Notes: a model not told the origin generated them from the letters alone. Positions 1 to 12,116 are shown, numbered from the stretch's first letter. The stretch is 64,000 bases of DNA from Prochlorococcus sp. AG-402-A08 (GCA_003279585.1 QCHH01000005.1:8209-72208), one strand, 5' to 3'. Program-made: numbers and translations.

Positions 1-299
1 ACAATTCTTCCTATTTCAAGATCCTGACTTCGACTATCAACTGAAATTTGTTTGCAATTCAGAAGAATGTCTAAAACATCCTCTCTTACACCAGGGATTG
101 TTGCATATTCATGATTAACACCTGCGATCCTGACAGCAGTAACTGCACTGCCTTCAAGTCCGCCCATCAATACTCTGCGTAAAGAATTACCCAAAGTAGT
201 TGCTTGACCTCTTTCAAGAGGTCCAATTAGGAAAACGCCTGTTTGGGAACGATCACTAGAAACTTGATGGTCGATCCTGTCTATCTGGTATTGCAACAC
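1..299 (-). CDS. rpoA: RNA polymerase alpha subunit, N-terminal part (runs off window start)
   Basis: Manual translation from GTG at 299: [52 protein letters not shown]; follows rpsK. Confidence 0.96.
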   Translation of the reverse strand, partial: MLQYQIDRIDHQVSSDRSQTGVFLIGPLERGQATTLGNSLRRVLMGGLEGSAVTAVRIAGVNHEYATIPGVREDVLDILLNCKQISVDSRSQDLEIGRI

Positions 300-349
300 G
301 GTCTAATGCGATGTGGGAAAAAAGAGAATTTCACTTAAGTGAATAGATT

Positions 350-742
350 TTAAACGCGTCTGCGCTTAGGCCTCCTACAACCGTTATGAGGGAGAGGAGT
401 TACATCTCTGATCAAAGTAATTTCAAGACCAGCTACTTGCAACGCCCTTATTGCGGTTTCACGACCTGAGCCTGGTCCTCTTACAAGAACTTCTATTTGA
501 CGCATGCCCTGCTCTAGAGCCCTTCGAGCAGCAACCTCAGCGGCGGTTTGAGCAGCAAAAGGAGTACCTTTTCGAGCTCCTTTAAACCCACTGGCTCCTG
601 CTGATGACCAGGAAATGACTTCACCTGATGTGTCAGTAATTGAGACAATGGTGTTATTAAAGGTACTTTGAATATGCACAACTCCATTGGGAACGTTGCG
701 CTTTGATTTCTTAGAACCGGTTTTCTTTGAGGTTGTAGCCAT
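350..742 (-). CDS. rpsK: 30S ribosomal protein S11
   Basis: [37 protein letters not shown]. Confidence 0.99.
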   Translation of the reverse strand: MATTSKKTGSKKSKRNVPNGVVHIQSTFNNTIVSITDTSGEVISWSSAGASGFKGARKGTPFAAQTAAEVAARRALEQGMRQIEVLVRGPGSGRETAIRALQVAGLEITLIRDVTPLPHNGCRRPKRRRV

Positions 743-806
743 TAGGCTGTGCCTTATTTAAAAATGATTTAGTAAATTACCAGATGGTAAGAGGAGTCTT
801 AAGAAA

Positions 807-1172
807 TTATTTCTTTCTTCCTGCAACGGTTTTTCTCGCTCCTCTCCGTGTACGAGCGTTAGTCCTTGTTCGTTGTCCACGAACAGGGAGACTCATTCTA
901 TGCCTTCTTCCACGAACGCATCCTATATCTTGAAGACGTTTCAGAGCCATTCCTTCTTGGCGCCTCAAGTCACCTTCAAGAGTGAATTCTTCAGTAACAG
1001 CTCTGAGCTTCTGAACATCACTGTCATCTAAATCCTTTACACGTATATCAGGGTTAACGCCCGATTTTTCAAGGATAGTCTGAGCTCTAGTTAAGCCGAT
1101 ACCATAGATGTAAGTAAGGGCAACTTCTACCCGCTTCTCGCGAGGTATATCGATGCCTGAGATCCGTGCCAC
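807..1172 (-). CDS. rpsM: 30S ribosomal protein S13
   Basis: [31 protein letters not shown]. Confidence 0.99.
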   Translation of the reverse strand: MARISGIDIPREKRVEVALTYIYGIGLTRAQTILEKSGVNPDIRVKDLDDSDVQKLRAVTEEFTLEGDLRRQEGMALKRLQDIGCVRGRRHRMSLPVRGQRTRTNARTRRGARKTVAGRKK

Positions 1173-1276
1173 TTAGGGATAAATCGAGGAGGACAATAAT
1201 AGTCATCATAATTTAATGATGACCTTGTTTTAAGAAGTAAACGAAAAAAATTAATCGTTAAAGGCTTCTTAAGAAA

Positions 1277-1295
1277 GTCAGGGATCAGCCCTGAC
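1277..1295 (-). terminator. 7-bp stem-loop spanning the rpmJ stop codon; possible terminator or processing stem
   Basis: GTCAGGG-N5-CCCTGAC perfect inverted repeat, followed on minus strand by TTTCTT. Confidence 0.4.
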
Positions 1296-1401
1296 GTTGT
1301 TTGTTTCGAGGCCTTTTCTTGTTGATCACATAGATCCGGCCTCTGCGCCTCACGATCTGGTCGTCAGGACTAATTTTTTTGACTGAGGATCTAACCTTCA
1401 T
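1285..1401 (-). CDS. rpmJ: 50S ribosomal protein L36, cysteine-free form (not in ORF track)
   Basis: Manual translation [38 protein letters not shown]; canonical position between adk and rpsM; GGAG upstream. Confidence 0.96.
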
Positions 1402-1442
1402 TTGGTGAGACTCTCCTATTTCCAAACTATAACTTTACTACA

Positions 1443-1994
1443 TCATCCGCCTAAAGCTTTCTCGATACATGAAAAGACAACATCTATGTCAGCATTACCT
1501 TCTATCTCCTCAAGAATACCTTGCTTAGAATACAAATCAATTAGGGGAGAAGTTTTTTCTCTATAAATTTTGAGTCTATTGATTATGACTTGTTCATTAT
1601 CATCCTGTCTTCCTCTTTCTAAGAGCCTTTCAATTAAATAATTGTCGGAAACTTTTATTAATATTACCCCTTCTAAAGGTTGATTAATTTTTTCTAAAAG
1701 ACTTTTTAGAGAATTAGCTTGATTAACATTTCTGGGGAAACCGTCAAGCAACCACCCCTTCTTAATATTGACCAATCTTCGTTCAACAATTGAGAGAACT
1801 AATTCATCACTTACTAATTCTCCTTTATTCATAACCTCAGCAGCCTTAAGACCTAAAACTGATCCAGAGGAGACCTCATCTCTAAGTAAATCTCCAGTTG
1901 AAAGATGATCTAATCCGTACTTCTTGCAAAAAAGATTTGCTTGTGTCCCTTTACCAGCTCCAGGAGGACCAAGGAATAGTAATTTCTTTTTCAT
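1443..1994 (-). CDS. adk: adenylate kinase (short-LID type)
   Basis: GPPGAGKGT P-loop, LSTGDLLR, LDGFPR. Confidence 0.98.
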   Translation of the reverse strand: MKKKLLFLGPPGAGKGTQANLFCKKYGLDHLSTGDLLRDEVSSGSVLGLKAAEVMNKGELVSDELVLSIVERRLVNIKKGWLLDGFPRNVNQANSLKSLLEKINQPLEGVILIKVSDNYLIERLLERGRQDDNEQVIINRLKIYREKTSPLIDLYSKQGILEEIEGNADIDVVFSCIEKALGG

Positions 1995-2019
1995 TTAAAT
2001 AAAAATCATAGTAAATATT

Positions 2020-3339
2020 TTATTGACGTACTAATCCTTCGTATCTTTGAGAAATGACATAAGTCTGAATTTGCTTCGATGTATCAATTGCAACTCCTAC
2101 CAAGATTAATAATGAAGTTGCCCCAAGCCCTTGAAAAGTTTGAACATTAGTTGCTCTCTCTACTGCAGCAGGAACAATTGCAACTGAACCAAGAAATAAA
2201 CCACCAAGTAAAGTGAGGCGGTTTTGAACACCTGAAAGGTAATTAGAAGTAGACCCTCCAGGCCTTACGCCTGGAATTGCAACACCACCCTTTTTTAAAT
2301 TAGAGGCAATATCTACTGGATTAATTGTTAAAGAAGCATAAAAATAAGCAAAGCCTAAAATTAATGCAAAAAATGTAATTGCATAAGGCCATGGGTTCGA
2401 TGATCCTGGATTGAGTGAACTGGCAGCCTTAATAAGTAAAGGATTTTGAGTGAAGTTTGCGATTGTTATAGGTAGGAAAATCAATGCAGAAGCGAAAATT
2501 ATTGGCATAACTCCACCAGCATTTAACTTAAGAGGTAAATAACTTTGCCTACTTGGCAAAAGAGCTGTTCCGCCCATTTGGCTTTTTGCACTTACTATAG
2601 GAATTCTTCTAGCACCTTCTTGAACAAAAATAATACCAACAATAGTAATTAAAAAAACTATTAAAAGAATTATGATCCCAAGAACATCCGCTCTATCTCC
2701 GGTTTGAGCTTTTTCAATAGTAGAGCTCAATGCCTTAGGCAAAGTAGCAACAATATTCAAGAAAATAACTAGAGAAGCTCCCTGGCCTATACCTTTTTCA
2801 GTAATAATCTCACTCAGCCACATAACTATCATTGACCCAGTGACTAATGCCAGTGAGGTTTGAATAACAAATTCAGTTTCGCTAAGACCTTCTACCGCAT
2901 ACTGTCTAAGAATCAAGGCGAAAACTGTGCTCTGAACCAATCCCCATCCTAAAGCTACGTATCTAGTGATTTGAGCAATCTTCCTTCTTCCTGCCTCTCC
3001 TTCATTTTTCTGTAGATCTTCCAATTGTGGTAATGAGGCAGTAAGCAATTGAATAATTATTGACGCATTAATAAATGGAAGAATACCTAGTGCAAAAATA
3101 CCTAAAGTTGAGATTCCACCACCTGTGAAAATATCAAGGAATCCTATCAATTGCCCCCCCTGATCAATAAAAGTTTTAAAAGCTTCTCTATCTATTCCAG
3201 GCATAGGAATATAAATTCCTAATCGAACAATTAGCAATAAACCTAGAGTTGTAAAAACTCTTCCCCTAAGCTCATCATTATTAAACAGCTGGGTGATTAC
3301 TTCACCTGCACTTGGGTTTCGACCGCGACTTATTAACAT
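2020..3339 (-). CDS. secY: preprotein translocase SecY
   Basis: FALGILPFINASII, LPLKLNAGGVMPIIFA, IPGVRPG; multiple TM helices. Confidence 0.99.
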   Translation of the reverse strand: MLISRGRNPSAGEVITQLFNNDELRGRVFTTLGLLLIVRLGIYIPMPGIDREAFKTFIDQGGQLIGFLDIFTGGGISTLGIFALGILPFINASIIIQLLTASLPQLEDLQKNEGEAGRRKIAQITRYVALGWGLVQSTVFALILRQYAVEGLSETEFVIQTSLALVTGSMIVMWLSEIITEKGIGQGASLVIFLNIVATLPKALSSTIEKAQTGDRADVLGIIILLIVFLITIVGIIFVQEGARRIPIVSAKSQMGGTALLPSRQSYLPLKLNAGGVMPIIFASALIFLPITIANFTQNPLLIKAASSLNPGSSNPWPYAITFFALILGFAYFYASLTINPVDIASNLKKGGVAIPGVRPGGSTSNYLSGVQNRLTLLGGLFLGSVAIVPAAVERATNVQTFQGLGATSLLILVGVAIDTSKQIQTYVISQRYEGLVRQ

Positions 3340-3396
3340 TTAATAAGGATAATTTATTAGAAGCTAGTGTATAAAATTAAATTTTTTAGATAAAAG

Positions 3397-3849
3397 TTAG
3401 TTATATATCTCACATTTACCCCCGACTTCTTCAATTTTCTTTTTAGCAGATGTTGTGAACGCTGAAGCTTGAACTGTCAATTTTACTTCTAATTTACCAT
3501 TACCAAGAATTTTTAGAGGATTTTGTGGTTTAGTCAAAATACCCTCCTTTACCAATAAATCAAGATTGACAACAGTCCCATCTTTCAATGAATTCAAACT
3601 AGAAACATTGAGGACAGTAAAATTTTTCTGATTAACTATTGGAAAATGCTTTAATTTTGGAACTCGTCTATATAAAGGCATCTGACCACCCTCAAAACCT
3701 GGGCGAGTAGGTCTGCCTGATCTTGATTTTTGTCCCCTCATTCCAAAGCCACAACTAGCACCTTGGCCAGCAGCTATACCTCGACCTTTACGCATTTTTT
3801 TACGTCTAGATCCTTTATTGGATTGAAGAGATTCTAATTTAATAGTCAT
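3397..3849 (-). CDS. rplO: 50S ribosomal protein L15
   Basis: [24 protein letters not shown]. Confidence 0.99.
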   Translation of the reverse strand: MTIKLESLQSNKGSRRKKMRKGRGIAAGQGASCGFGMRGQKSRSGRPTRPGFEGGQMPLYRRVPKLKHFPIVNQKNFTVLNVSSLNSLKDGTVVNLDLLVKEGILTKPQNPLKILGNGKLEVKLTVQASAFTTSAKKKIEEVGGKCEIYN

Positions 3850-3854
3850 GATTT

Positions 3855-4481
3855 TTAAGAATAAATCTGCTCAAGTGAAATTCCACGCTCTCTTGCAGTG
3901 GCTTTATGAGTTCTTAACTCACTTAAAGCAACCATTGCAGCACGAGCATTATTAAGAGGCGTCTTACTGCCTAATCTCTTGGCAAGTACGTTTTTAATTC
4001 CAGCCAACTCTAAAACAGTGCGAATTGACCCTCCGGCAATTACACCTGTTCCAGGAGCTGCAGGACGAATTAATACACTGGCTGCTCCATCTCTACCGTT
4101 AGAAAGAGTTGGGATCGAGTTGTTTCGAGTTAAAGGAACACGAACCAGGTGTTTTTTTCCATCAGCAACTCCTTTACGAACTGCTCCAATAACATCTCCT
4201 GCTTTTCCAACACCAACGCCAACTTGTCCTTTTTCATTTCCAACTACAACTATTGCCCTAAAGCTCATTTTCTTTCCACCTTTAACTGTTTTCGAAACCC
4301 TTCTAATTTGTACAACTCTTTCTTGCCATTCAGAGTCTCTTTCTTGACCTCTTCTATCTCTTCTTCCTCCGCGTTTTTCGCCACGGTTTCGGCGATTCTC
4401 CTGTCTACCATCTGCAGCTGGAGGATTATCGGATGATCCAGAAGTTTTTTTATTTGTGGACTGGTTTTTAGAGTCTGTCAT
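3855..4481 (-). CDS. rpsE: 30S ribosomal protein S5
   Basis: [21 protein letters not shown]. Confidence 0.99.
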   Translation of the reverse strand: MTDSKNQSTNKKTSGSSDNPPAADGRQENRRNRGEKRGGRRDRRGQERDSEWQERVVQIRRVSKTVKGGKKMSFRAIVVVGNEKGQVGVGVGKAGDVIGAVRKGVADGKKHLVRVPLTRNNSIPTLSNGRDGAASVLIRPAAPGTGVIAGGSIRTVLELAGIKNVLAKRLGSKTPLNNARAAMVALSELRTHKATARERGISLEQIYS

Positions 4482-4495
4482 TATTAAAACAATGA

Positions 4496-4864
4496 TTAAA
4501 AGTTCAAGCCTGCCACTCTGGCAGCTTCGGCTAGAGCTTTAACCCTGCCATGATAGATGTTCCCACCTCTGTCAAAGATAACTTGTTTGATGCCTTTTGA
4601 TAAAGCTTTTTTTGCAACAAGCTCTCCTACTGCTGTAGAAGCATCGCAACTTCCAGCATTAACTTTTAAAGAAGCTTTCAAGTCTTTATCAAGAGTGGAT
4701 GCTGCACATATAGTGTTTTGAGCATCGTCATCTATTATTTGAGCATAGATGTGGTTATTAGAACGAAAAACAGCAAGTCTTGGTCGAGCCTCTGTTCCGC
4801 TTAAGTTTCTCCTTAAGCGTTTATGTCGTTTTTGGGTCTGTTGTTTTCTTGAAAGTTTTGACAT
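4496..4864 (-). CDS. rplR: 50S ribosomal protein L18 (start moved to ATG at 4864)
   Basis: [36 protein letters not shown]. Confidence 0.97.
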   Translation of the reverse strand: MSKLSRKQQTQKRHKRLRRNLSGTEARPRLAVFRSNNHIYAQIIDDDAQNTICAASTLDKDLKASLKVNAGSCDASTAVGELVAKKALSKGIKQVIFDRGGNIYHGRVKALAEAARVAGLNF

Positions 4865-4896
4865 GGCTAAAAAATTTAAAAGACAAATAAGCAAGA

Positions 4897-5436
4897 TCAA
4901 GCTTTGCCAGACTTACCAGCTTTTCTAATTATCTGCTCTCCTTCATATTTGATTCCTTTCCCTTTATAAGGTTCTGGGGGCCTGATTGCTCTTATTTTTG
5001 CAGCTTCATTGCCAACTAATTCTTTATCAGGTCCAGATACAGTTACATTTGTATTATTTTCAACTTTAAAAGTTATACCCTCTGGAGGAATAACCTCAAC
5101 TGGATGACTGTAACCGGCACTAACAACAAGAGTTTTACCTTTTACTTGGGCTCTTGATCCAACGCCAACAATCTCAAGTTTTTTCGTAAAACCATTACTA
5201 ACTCCCTCAACCATATTGGCAACAAGAGATCTACATAGTCCATGCATTTCCCTGGACTGTCTCTTTTCATTTATTGGGTTAACAACAATAGTATTGTCAT
5301 TCTTACTTAGGCTAACTCCATTAGGAAGAGTTCTGTGCAGTTCACCTTTGGGACCCTTTACAGTGATAGAAAGTCCTTCAAGTTTTACATCTACCTTTTC
5401 AGGAAGGGAGATTGGTTTTTTTCCAGTACGAGACAT
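4897..5436 (-). CDS. rplF: 50S ribosomal protein L6
   Basis: [19 protein letters not shown]. Confidence 0.99.
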   Translation of the reverse strand: MSRTGKKPISLPEKVDVKLEGLSITVKGPKGELHRTLPNGVSLSKNDNTIVVNPINEKRQSREMHGLCRSLVANMVEGVSNGFTKKLEIVGVGSRAQVKGKTLVVSAGYSHPVEVIPPEGITFKVENNTNVTVSGPDKELVGNEAAKIRAIRPPEPYKGKGIKYEGEQIIRKAGKSGKA

Positions 5437-5453
5437 AATAAATACCTAATCAA

Positions 5454-5855
5454 TCAACAGACGTAGCAGAGGACTTCTCCTCCAACACCTTGCTTCCGAG
5501 CGTCACGATCACTCATGACTCCCTTAGAGGTAGAAATTATTGCAACTCCAAGACCTCCTAAAACTTTTGGCAATCCTCGAGTATTTTTATAAATCCTCAA
5601 TCCTGGTTTACTGACTCGTTGCATTGAACGAATAATGGGTGAGCGATGCTTACCAGTATATTTCAATCCAAGAATGAGCTGCTTTCTAAAGCCTTCTCCT
5701 TCTTCATTGATTTCTGCAATAAATCCCTCACGCTGAAGAACCTTAGCGATACTAAGGGACATTCTTGAAGCAGGGACTTTGGTTTTTTCATGCCTTTTTT
5801 CACTGGCATTTCGGATGCGAGTGAGCATGTCTGAAATTGGATCGTGGTTGGCCAT
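5454..5855 (-). CDS. rpsH: 30S ribosomal protein S8
   Basis: [29 protein letters not shown]. Confidence 0.99.
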   Translation of the reverse strand: MANHDPISDMLTRIRNASEKRHEKTKVPASRMSLSIAKVLQREGFIAEINEEGEGFRKQLILGLKYTGKHRSPIIRSMQRVSKPGLRIYKNTRGLPKVLGGLGVAIISTSKGVMSDRDARKQGVGGEVLCYVC

Positions 5856-5874
5856 AGTATTTAGCTAATCAAAC

Positions 5875-6414
5875 TCATTTTTTACGGAAGGGCATTCCCA
5901 TTTCACTAAGAAGAGCCTTACCTTGTTCATCAGAAGAAGCGCTAGTCACAATTGTGATATCCATGCCTCTAATGGTGTCGACTTTGTCAAAAGTAATCTC
6001 AGGGAAGATAAGTTGCTCTTTGACTCCAATGGTGTAATTGCCTCGGCCATCAAAGCTTTTTGGACTAACGCCCCGAAAATCTCTGATTCTTGGAAGTGCC
6101 AAATTAATGAATCTTTCCAAGAAGGCATACATGCGATCACCTCTAAGAGTGACTGCGCAACCTATAGGCATTCCTTGTCTAATCTTGAAGGTCGCAATTG
6201 CTTTCTTGGCTCTTGTCACAAGAGCTTTTTGCCCAGAAATGGTTGCCATTTCAGCTAGAGAGGCTTCTAAAGCTTTGGAATTGGATGCAGCTTCACCAAG
6301 TCCTCTGTTTAAAGTGACTTTCTGCACCTTAGGAACTTGGTGAACATTTTTTAAACCAAGATCTTTTAAAAGCTTTGGTCTAATTGTCTCTCGATAGCGT
6401 GTTTTTAGTGACAT
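5875..6414 (-). CDS. rplE: 50S ribosomal protein L5
   Basis: [26 protein letters not shown]. Confidence 0.99.
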   Translation of the reverse strand: MSLKTRYRETIRPKLLKDLGLKNVHQVPKVQKVTLNRGLGEAASNSKALEASLAEMATISGQKALVTRAKKAIATFKIRQGMPIGCAVTLRGDRMYAFLERFINLALPRIRDFRGVSPKSFDGRGNYTIGVKEQLIFPEITFDKVDTIRGMDITIVTSASSDEQGKALLSEMGMPFRKK

Positions 6415-6516
6415 GGCTGGAAAAAAAGTTAATTCTGGTCTTGGTCAGAATTCAATTAGTTAAAGAAAGTCTGCTTTAGTTAATTCAGACAAAGGAAAAG
6501 TGAATCAATTAATCAA

Positions 6517-6873
6517 TTAATCAATTAATTCTCCTGTCTTCTTTAATCGTCGTTTCTTTGATCCATCTTTATCTACAAAAATCTCAACCTTGCTAGCAAC
6601 TTTTTCCTTGGTTGAATAGATCATTACGTTTGAAGCATGTAAAGAAGTTTCTTTAGTCTCTATTCGACCAGTTTCTCCTTCTTGTGATGGTTTTACATGC
6701 TTTGTTCTTTGATTAATTCCTTGAACTACAACTCTATTTTCATAGGGAAGTGTTTGAAGGACTTCACCAGTTTTACCTTTGTCTTTTCCAGAAATAATCT
6801 GAACTGTATCTCCTTTACGGATCTTCATTTTGATCCGATCAGCAGAAGCTTTGGGTTTGTTAATTGCTGGCAT
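6517..6873 (-). CDS. rplX: 50S ribosomal protein L24
   Basis: [25 protein letters not shown]. Confidence 0.98.
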   Translation of the reverse strand: MPAINKPKASADRIKMKIRKGDTVQIISGKDKGKTGEVLQTLPYENRVVVQGINQRTKHVKPSQEGETGRIETKETSLHASNVMIYSTKEKVASKVEIFVDKDGSKKRRLKKTGELID

Positions 6874-6875
6874 GA

Positions 6876-7241
6876 CTAAATAACCTCCGGAGCTAAGGAG
6901 ACAATTTTAGTAAAATTGCGCTCTCTTAATTCTCGTGCGACTGGACCAAATACTCTAGTACCTCTTGGGTTTTGATCATCATTGATTAGAACAGCGGCGT
7001 TGTCATCAAAGCGAATTGAATTTCCAGTTTCTCTTCGCATTGTTGCTCTAGTACGAACAACAACCGCTTTCACCACATCCGATTTTTTAACTCCCATATT
7101 TGGCATCGCGTCTTTAACAGAAGCAACGATCACATCTCCTACGTGGGCATAACGACGATTGGACCCCAAAACCCTAATACATTGCAAACGCTTGGCACCA
7201 CTATTATCTGCAACGGTTAAGAATGTTTCTTGCTGAATCAT
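6876..7241 (-). CDS. rplN: 50S ribosomal protein L14
   Basis: [26 protein letters not shown]. Confidence 0.99.
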   Translation of the reverse strand: MIQQETFLTVADNSGAKRLQCIRVLGSNRRYAHVGDVIVASVKDAMPNMGVKKSDVVKAVVVRTRATMRRETGNSIRFDDNAAVLINDDQNPRGTRVFGPVARELRERNFTKIVSLAPEVI

Positions 7242-7504
7242 TTTGCAGCCTCCTTAGATTTCATACCCTGAACTAGAACATCTGTAACCGTCCATCGTTT
7301 TTGAGCGCTCATCGGGGGAGACTCCTTTATCCGAACTCTGTCTCCCACTTTGCAATGATTTTCCGCATCATGAGCTTTGTATCTAGTCGTACGACTAATA
7401 ATTTTCTGGTAGATAGGATGTGGAAATCTATTTTCCACAGCTACAACTACTGTTTTTTGCATTTTGTCACTGACAACAGTGCCAACCATTTCCTTGAGTG
7501 CCAT
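7238..7504 (-). CDS. rpsQ: 30S ribosomal protein S17 (start at ATG 7504)
   Basis: [25 protein letters not shown]. Confidence 0.97.
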   Translation of the reverse strand: MALKEMVGTVVSDKMQKTVVVAVENRFPHPIYQKIISRTTRYKAHDAENHCKVGDRVRIKESPPMSAQKRWTVTDVLVQGMKSKEAAK

Positions 7505-7514
7505 AACTAAAAAA

Positions 7515-7727
7515 TCAAGATGAAGTGTTTGAGCGGCTTCGCTCATTAGAAACCGTTAAAAGTTGAGCCAATTCGGTTCGTGCCTCTTTAAAACGATGAG
7601 TTTTAGCTAGCTGTCTAGTGGCTTGCTTAAAACGAAGATCAAAAAGTTCTTTACGAAGATTTTCAATCTTTTCTGATATATCGGAATCAGAGAGATTCCT
7701 TACATCTTTCGTAGTTGCTTTACTCAT
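7515..7727 (-). CDS. rpmC: 50S ribosomal protein L29
   Basis: [17 protein letters not shown]; operon position. Confidence 0.97.
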   Translation of the reverse strand: MSKATTKDVRNLSDSDISEKIENLRKELFDLRFKQATRQLAKTHRFKEARTELAQLLTVSNERSRSNTSS

Positions 7728-8209
7728 AGTGATGACTCCGAATCATTTGCTGTAACTGGCGTTTTAGCAGGTTTATAATTTCCCTTATTGAGATCTTCCT
7801 CTAGGGAAATAAATTTTGTTTTGACTGGCAGCTTGTATTGAGCAAGACGCATTGCCTCTTTTGCAATTTCCTCTGTAATGTCATCTCCACCCATTTCAAA
7901 TAAGATTCGACCAGGCTTGACAACTGCAACCCAAAATTCTGGGTTACCTTTACCAGATCCCATTCTTGTCTCGGCAGGCCTCATGGTTACTGGCTTATCA
8001 GGGAAAATACGAATCCAAATTTGTCCTCCTCTTTTTACGTAACGAGTCATAGCTCGTCTACTTGCCTCGATTTGCCTTGAGGTAACCCAACCACAATCTT
8101 GAGCTTGCAATGCAAACTGACCAAAAGCGATTTTGTTGCCTCTAGTAGCAACGCCGCGCATACGGCCTCTCTGTTGTTTGCGAAATTTGGTTCTTTTGGG
8201 ACTAAGCAT
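7724..8209 (-). CDS. rplP: 50S ribosomal protein L16
   Basis: [18 protein letters not shown]. Confidence 0.99.
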   Translation of the reverse strand: MLSPKRTKFRKQQRGRMRGVATRGNKIAFGQFALQAQDCGWVTSRQIEASRRAMTRYVKRGGQIWIRIFPDKPVTMRPAETRMGSGKGNPEFWVAVVKPGRILFEMGGDDITEEIAKEAMRLAQYKLPVKTKFISLEEDLNKGNYKPAKTPVTANDSESSL

Positions 8210-8221
8210 GATTAAAACTCC

Positions 8222-8956
8222 TTATTTAGCTTCATTGGAACGATCCTCAAATTGTTGAGGTCTTCGATTCCCCCTATTGCGTCTAGGAGTAGAACCAACA
8301 GGTAATGGCTGTTCTTCTTTAGGAAGAACTTCACCTTTGAAAACCCATACTTTGATTCCTAAAACGCCATAAGTTGTACTAGCAACTTTGGTTGCATAAT
8401 CAATTTCTGCTCTCAAAGTGTGGAGAGGAACTCTTCCTTCTCGTGTCCATTCAGAACGTGCAATTTCAGCGCCATTCAACCTTCCGCCTACTTGTATTTT
8501 AAGACCTAAGACACCAGCTCTTTGTGCTCTTTGAACAGCCATTCGAATAGTTCGTCTAAAAGCAACACGCTTTTCTAGTTGCTGAGCAATATATTCGGCA
8601 AGAAGATAAGCATCTGCATCAACTTTTTCTACTTCAACAACATTGATACGTACTTGTCTGTTTCTATCACCGATTGTTTTTTGAATACCAGATCTGAGTT
8701 CTTCAATACCACTTCCCTGCCTGCCAACAATTACTCCTGGCCTAGCAGTTTTTAATTCGACTTCAAGCTGATCTGCTTTTCGAGCAATCAATACATCGCT
8801 TATCCCTGCTGCTCCATACTTTTTCTTGATGAAAGTGCGGATCCGATCATCTTCTTGGAGTAGTAAAGGATAAGTTTTACTTGGTGCATACCATTTAGAA
8901 CGATGCTCTTGGGTGATGCCAAGCCTAATTCCAGTAGGGTGAATTTTATGTCCCAT
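8222..8956 (-). CDS. rpsC: 30S ribosomal protein S3
   Basis: [29 protein letters not shown]. Confidence 0.99.
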   Translation of the reverse strand: MGHKIHPTGIRLGITQEHRSKWYAPSKTYPLLLQEDDRIRTFIKKKYGAAGISDVLIARKADQLEVELKTARPGVIVGRQGSGIEELRSGIQKTIGDRNRQVRINVVEVEKVDADAYLLAEYIAQQLEKRVAFRRTIRMAVQRAQRAGVLGLKIQVGGRLNGAEIARSEWTREGRVPLHTLRAEIDYATKVASTTYGVLGIKVWVFKGEVLPKEEQPLPVGSTPRRNRGNRRPQQFEDRSNEAK

Positions 8957-9336
8957 CAGTCTGAGTCCTCAGAATTGGTTGATTGAGTGGCAGAAACAGC
9001 AATGCTGATGTGGCATGTCTGCTTTTTAATTGCAAATGCTCTGCCTTGAGCCCTAGGCCTATAACGTTTCATTGGTGGGCCCATATCAGCAGTAGCAGTG
9101 CTAATCACCAGCGAAGAAGGTTCAAGACCAAGATTGTTTTCTGCATTCGCAACAGCTGATCGCAATACTTTTGTTATTGGCTCAGTTGATCGATAAGGCA
9201 TGAATTCAAGCATGATCAAAGCATCTCTGTAAGTTCTTCCTCTTATTTGATCAAGAACACGCCGAACTTTTGAGGCAGATCCGCGAATATAACGCCCATG
9301 GGCTTGGGCTGTCGTTTTGGTAGATGAATTAGTCAT
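8956..9336 (-). CDS. rplV: 50S ribosomal protein L22
   Basis: [28 protein letters not shown]. Confidence 0.99.
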   Translation of the reverse strand: MTNSSTKTTAQAHGRYIRGSASKVRRVLDQIRGRTYRDALIMLEFMPYRSTEPITKVLRSAVANAENNLGLEPSSLVISTATADMGPPMKRYRPRAQGRAFAIKKQTCHISIAVSATQSTNSEDSD

Positions 9337-9338
9337 GA

Positions 9339-9614
9339 TTAACGTGCTCCTTTTTTATCTCTGATGTGACCTTTGTAGGTTCGAGTTGGTGCAAACTCTC
9401 CTAACTTGTGACCAACCATTTGCTCAGTTATGAAAACAGGTATGTGACTCTTTCCATTGTGAACAGCAATTGTATGACCAATCATAATTGGCAGAATTGT
9501 TGAGGCTCTGGACCATGTTTTGATGACAGCTTTATCATCATTAGAGTTTTGCTTCTCGATTTTACGAAGCAAACTGTCTGAAATAAATGGCCCTTTTTTT
9601 AGTGAACGTCCCAT
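9339..9614 (-). CDS. rpsS: 30S ribosomal protein S19
   Basis: [23 protein letters not shown]. Confidence 0.99.
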   Translation of the reverse strand: MGRSLKKGPFISDSLLRKIEKQNSNDDKAVIKTWSRASTILPIMIGHTIAVHNGKSHIPVFITEQMVGHKLGEFAPTRTYKGHIRDKKGAR

Positions 9615-9649
9615 AACGGTTTAAAAGAATTGGTAAAGAAAGATAGAAA

Positions 9650-10513
9650 TCATGAATCGCGACCTCCCCTACTCCGTTTAGATACTTTGCGTCGTTTTCG
9701 AAGAACGTATTTATTGCTGGGCTTATTCTTCTTCCTGGTTTTCAAGCCAAGAGCAGCTTTACCCCAAGGAGTTACAGGGCCAGCTCGTCCAACAGGTGCC
9801 TTTCCCTCTCCTCCTCCATGAGGGTGATCACATGGATTCATGACACTTCCTCTAACTTGAGGCCGTCTGCCAAGCCATCTTCGTCTTCCTGCTTTTCCAA
9901 GACTTGTGTTTCTAATTTCAGAATTACCAACCTCTCCAAGAGTGGCGTAGCATTCTTTTCTAACTAAACGAACCTCAGTTGAAGGTAATTTCAATGCAAC
10001 ATAATCTCCTTCTTTAGCCATGACTTGAGCACTAGCTCCAGCTGTACGAACCATCTGTCCGCCTCGACCTGGATAGAGTTCAACACAATGAACGCTCGAA
10101 CCTAAAGGCATTGAAGAAAGTGGTAGGGCATTACCAGTTTCAATAGGTGCATCTGGGCCTGAAATAACTTCCTGCCCAATTGTTATGTCCGCAGGTGCAA
10201 GTATGTATCTCTTTTCACCATCAGAGTAAAAGAGTAGAGCAAGCCTTGCATTTCTATGAGGGTCATAATGTATTGCCGCAACTTTGGCCGAAACTCCATG
10301 CTTATTTCTACGAAAATCAACAATCCTATATAACCTTTTGTGCCCTCCTCCTCTATGTCGACAAGTAATGACCCCTCTATTGTTGCGCCCTTTCTTTCGG
10401 TGTTTAGATACGACAAGTGAGCGCTCAGGTTTATTGGATGTAACCTCACTAAAATCAGTTACTACTCTTGTACGTGTACCAGGTGTGTAAGGTTTGAAAC
10501 TTCTTATTGCCAT
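9650..10513 (-). CDS. rplB: 50S ribosomal protein L2
   Basis: [23 protein letters not shown]. Confidence 0.99.
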   Translation of the reverse strand: MAIRSFKPYTPGTRTRVVTDFSEVTSNKPERSLVVSKHRKKGRNNRGVITCRHRGGGHKRLYRIVDFRRNKHGVSAKVAAIHYDPHRNARLALLFYSDGEKRYILAPADITIGQEVISGPDAPIETGNALPLSSMPLGSSVHCVELYPGRGGQMVRTAGASAQVMAKEGDYVALKLPSTEVRLVRKECYATLGEVGNSEIRNTSLGKAGRRRWLGRRPQVRGSVMNPCDHPHGGGEGKAPVGRAGPVTPWGKAALGLKTRKKNKPSNKYVLRKRRKVSKRSRGGRDS

Positions 10514-10517
10514 TTTT

Positions 10518-10829
10518 TTAAGCCTCCTCGGATTCTGGGAACAACTGTATGGAGTTGCCTTCTGCTAGGCGGACAACAGCCTTCTTAACTTGTGGTCTCT
10601 TTCCAGAAAACCTACCAACTCTCCTGCTTTTTCTGGGGGGATTCATAGTACTAATACCAAGAACCTTGACGTCAAACATTTTTTCAACGGCAGCTTTTAT
10701 GTCAGGCTTAGCTGCTCTTGGGTCGACTTCAAAAGTGTACTGATTTAAATCCAACGCTTTTGTAGCCTTCTCAGTTATCAAAGGACGCTTAATCACATCC
10801 GTAAGTCGTTTATCAAAAAATTTAGTCAT
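10518..10829 (-). CDS. rplW: 50S ribosomal protein L23
   Basis: PLITEKA, YTFEVD, KKAVVRL. Confidence 0.98.
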   Translation of the reverse strand: MTKFFDKRLTDVIKRPLITEKATKALDLNQYTFEVDPRAAKPDIKAAVEKMFDVKVLGISTMNPPRKSRRVGRFSGKRPQVKKAVVRLAEGNSIQLFPESEEA

Positions 10830-11457
10830 TACCGTAGACCTCCTTAATAGTTGATAATGCGTCTTCGCCTATTACCAAAGAATTGGCATTGAGAAGGTCA
10901 AACACATTTAATTGATCAGCAGAGATAAGCTTTATTTTTTCTAAGTTTCTAATTGAGCGCTTTATAACTTCTGATGGCTTGTTGAGAATAATAAGAATTT
11001 TCCCATCAGAATCAATTCCTACTCGCTTGAGTAAAGCCACAATTTCGCTTGTTTTAGGAACTTCAAGCTTTGAACCGAAGTCTTTAATTATTTTTGCGTC
11101 TGAAATCCTACCCATTAGAGCAGTTCGAAGAGCTAGCCTTCGTTCCTTCCTATTCATTTCTAAGTTATATTTGCGAGGTTTAGGGCCAAAGATAATTCCA
11201 CCACCTGGACGAAGAGGCGTTCTAATTGAGCCTTGCCTTGCTCGACCAGTACCCTTTTGTTTGTAAGGTTTTCGGCCACCGCCTCGCACCTCGGATCTAG
11301 TCAAAGTGCTCGCAGTGCCTTGACGGCTGTGAGCTTGTTGACGCAAAACAGCACGATGTAATAAATCTGCAGCCGAGGATTCTTTGGCAGTTTTCAAATC
11401 AATTGATGATTCTCCTGCCTCTTTTCCTTGCCAATCAAGAACAATACAGTTAGCCAT
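10822..11457 (-). CDS. rplD: 50S ribosomal protein L4
   Basis: [22 protein letters not shown]. Confidence 0.99.
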   Translation of the reverse strand: MANCIVLDWQGKEAGESSIDLKTAKESSAADLLHRAVLRQQAHSRQGTASTLTRSEVRGGGRKPYKQKGTGRARQGSIRTPLRPGGGIIFGPKPRKYNLEMNRKERRLALRTALMGRISDAKIIKDFGSKLEVPKTSEIVALLKRVGIDSDGKILIILNKPSEVIKRSIRNLEKIKLISADQLNVFDLLNANSLVIGEDALSTIKEVYGND

Positions 11458-11459
11458 GA

Positions 11460-12116
11460 TTATTTACCTCCTTGCTGAGTAGAAACGCCAACTCTTTTGG
11501 CAGGTCTTATGTTTAAAAGAGATCCAGGCTTCCCCGGAACAGATCCTTTTACTACTAATAAATTGTGATTTGTATCTATCTTTAAAATTTCAAGGCCTCT
11601 GGTAGTGACTTTTTTACCGCCCATACGACCAGCCATCCTTTTGCCAGGATAAACACGACCGGGAGTTGTTCCAGCTCCTGTTGAGCCAGGCAATCGATGA
11701 TTCTTTGAACCGTGACTCATAGGACCACGGCTAAAACCATGTCGCTTTTGATAGCCTGCGAATCCTCTACCCATAGTGTCGCCACTAACATCAACTTTTT
11801 GACCTTTTTCGAAATCATCTACAGTTATTGCAGCTCCCAGCTGAAATTCACCAGAATTTTCTACTCGGTACTCTCGAAGATGACGTAAAAGGTCCTCTCC
11901 TGATTTTGCAAGATGACCTTTTGAAGGCTTGTTAATAAGTTTTTCACGAATTAATTGGAAACCTATCTGTACAGCGGCATAGCCATCCGTATCAGCAGAT
12001 TTCAATTGAGTGATTCGACAGGGACCCGCTTCGATCAAAGTGACTGGAACGGCTCTGCCTTGATCATCGAAGAGTTGGGACATACCCAACTTCTTACCTA
12101 GGATTCCTAAAGACAT
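11460..12116 (-). CDS. rplC: 50S ribosomal protein L3
   Basis: [28 protein letters not shown]. Confidence 0.99.
   Translation of the reverse strand: MSLGILGKKLGMSQLFDDQGRAVPVTLIEAGPCRITQLKSADTDGYAAVQIGFQLIREKLINKPSKGHLAKSGEDLLRHLREYRVENSGEFQLGAAITVDDFEKGQKVDVSGDTMGRGFAGYQKRHGFSRGPMSHGSKNHRLPGSTGAGTTPGRVYPGKRMAGRMGGKKVTTRGLEILKIDTNHNLLVVKGSVPGKPGSLLNIRPAKRVGVSTQQGGK

Noticed and set aside
5440-5875. Absence of rpsN, rpmD and rpsJ from the superoperon
   Set aside because: Normal cyanobacterial arrangement
3979-11266. Antisense or alternate-frame ORFs within ribosomal protein genes (e.g. 3979-4347, 5923-6258, 6038-6343, 10979-11266)
   Set aside because: Shadow ORFs of highly conserved genes; no motifs
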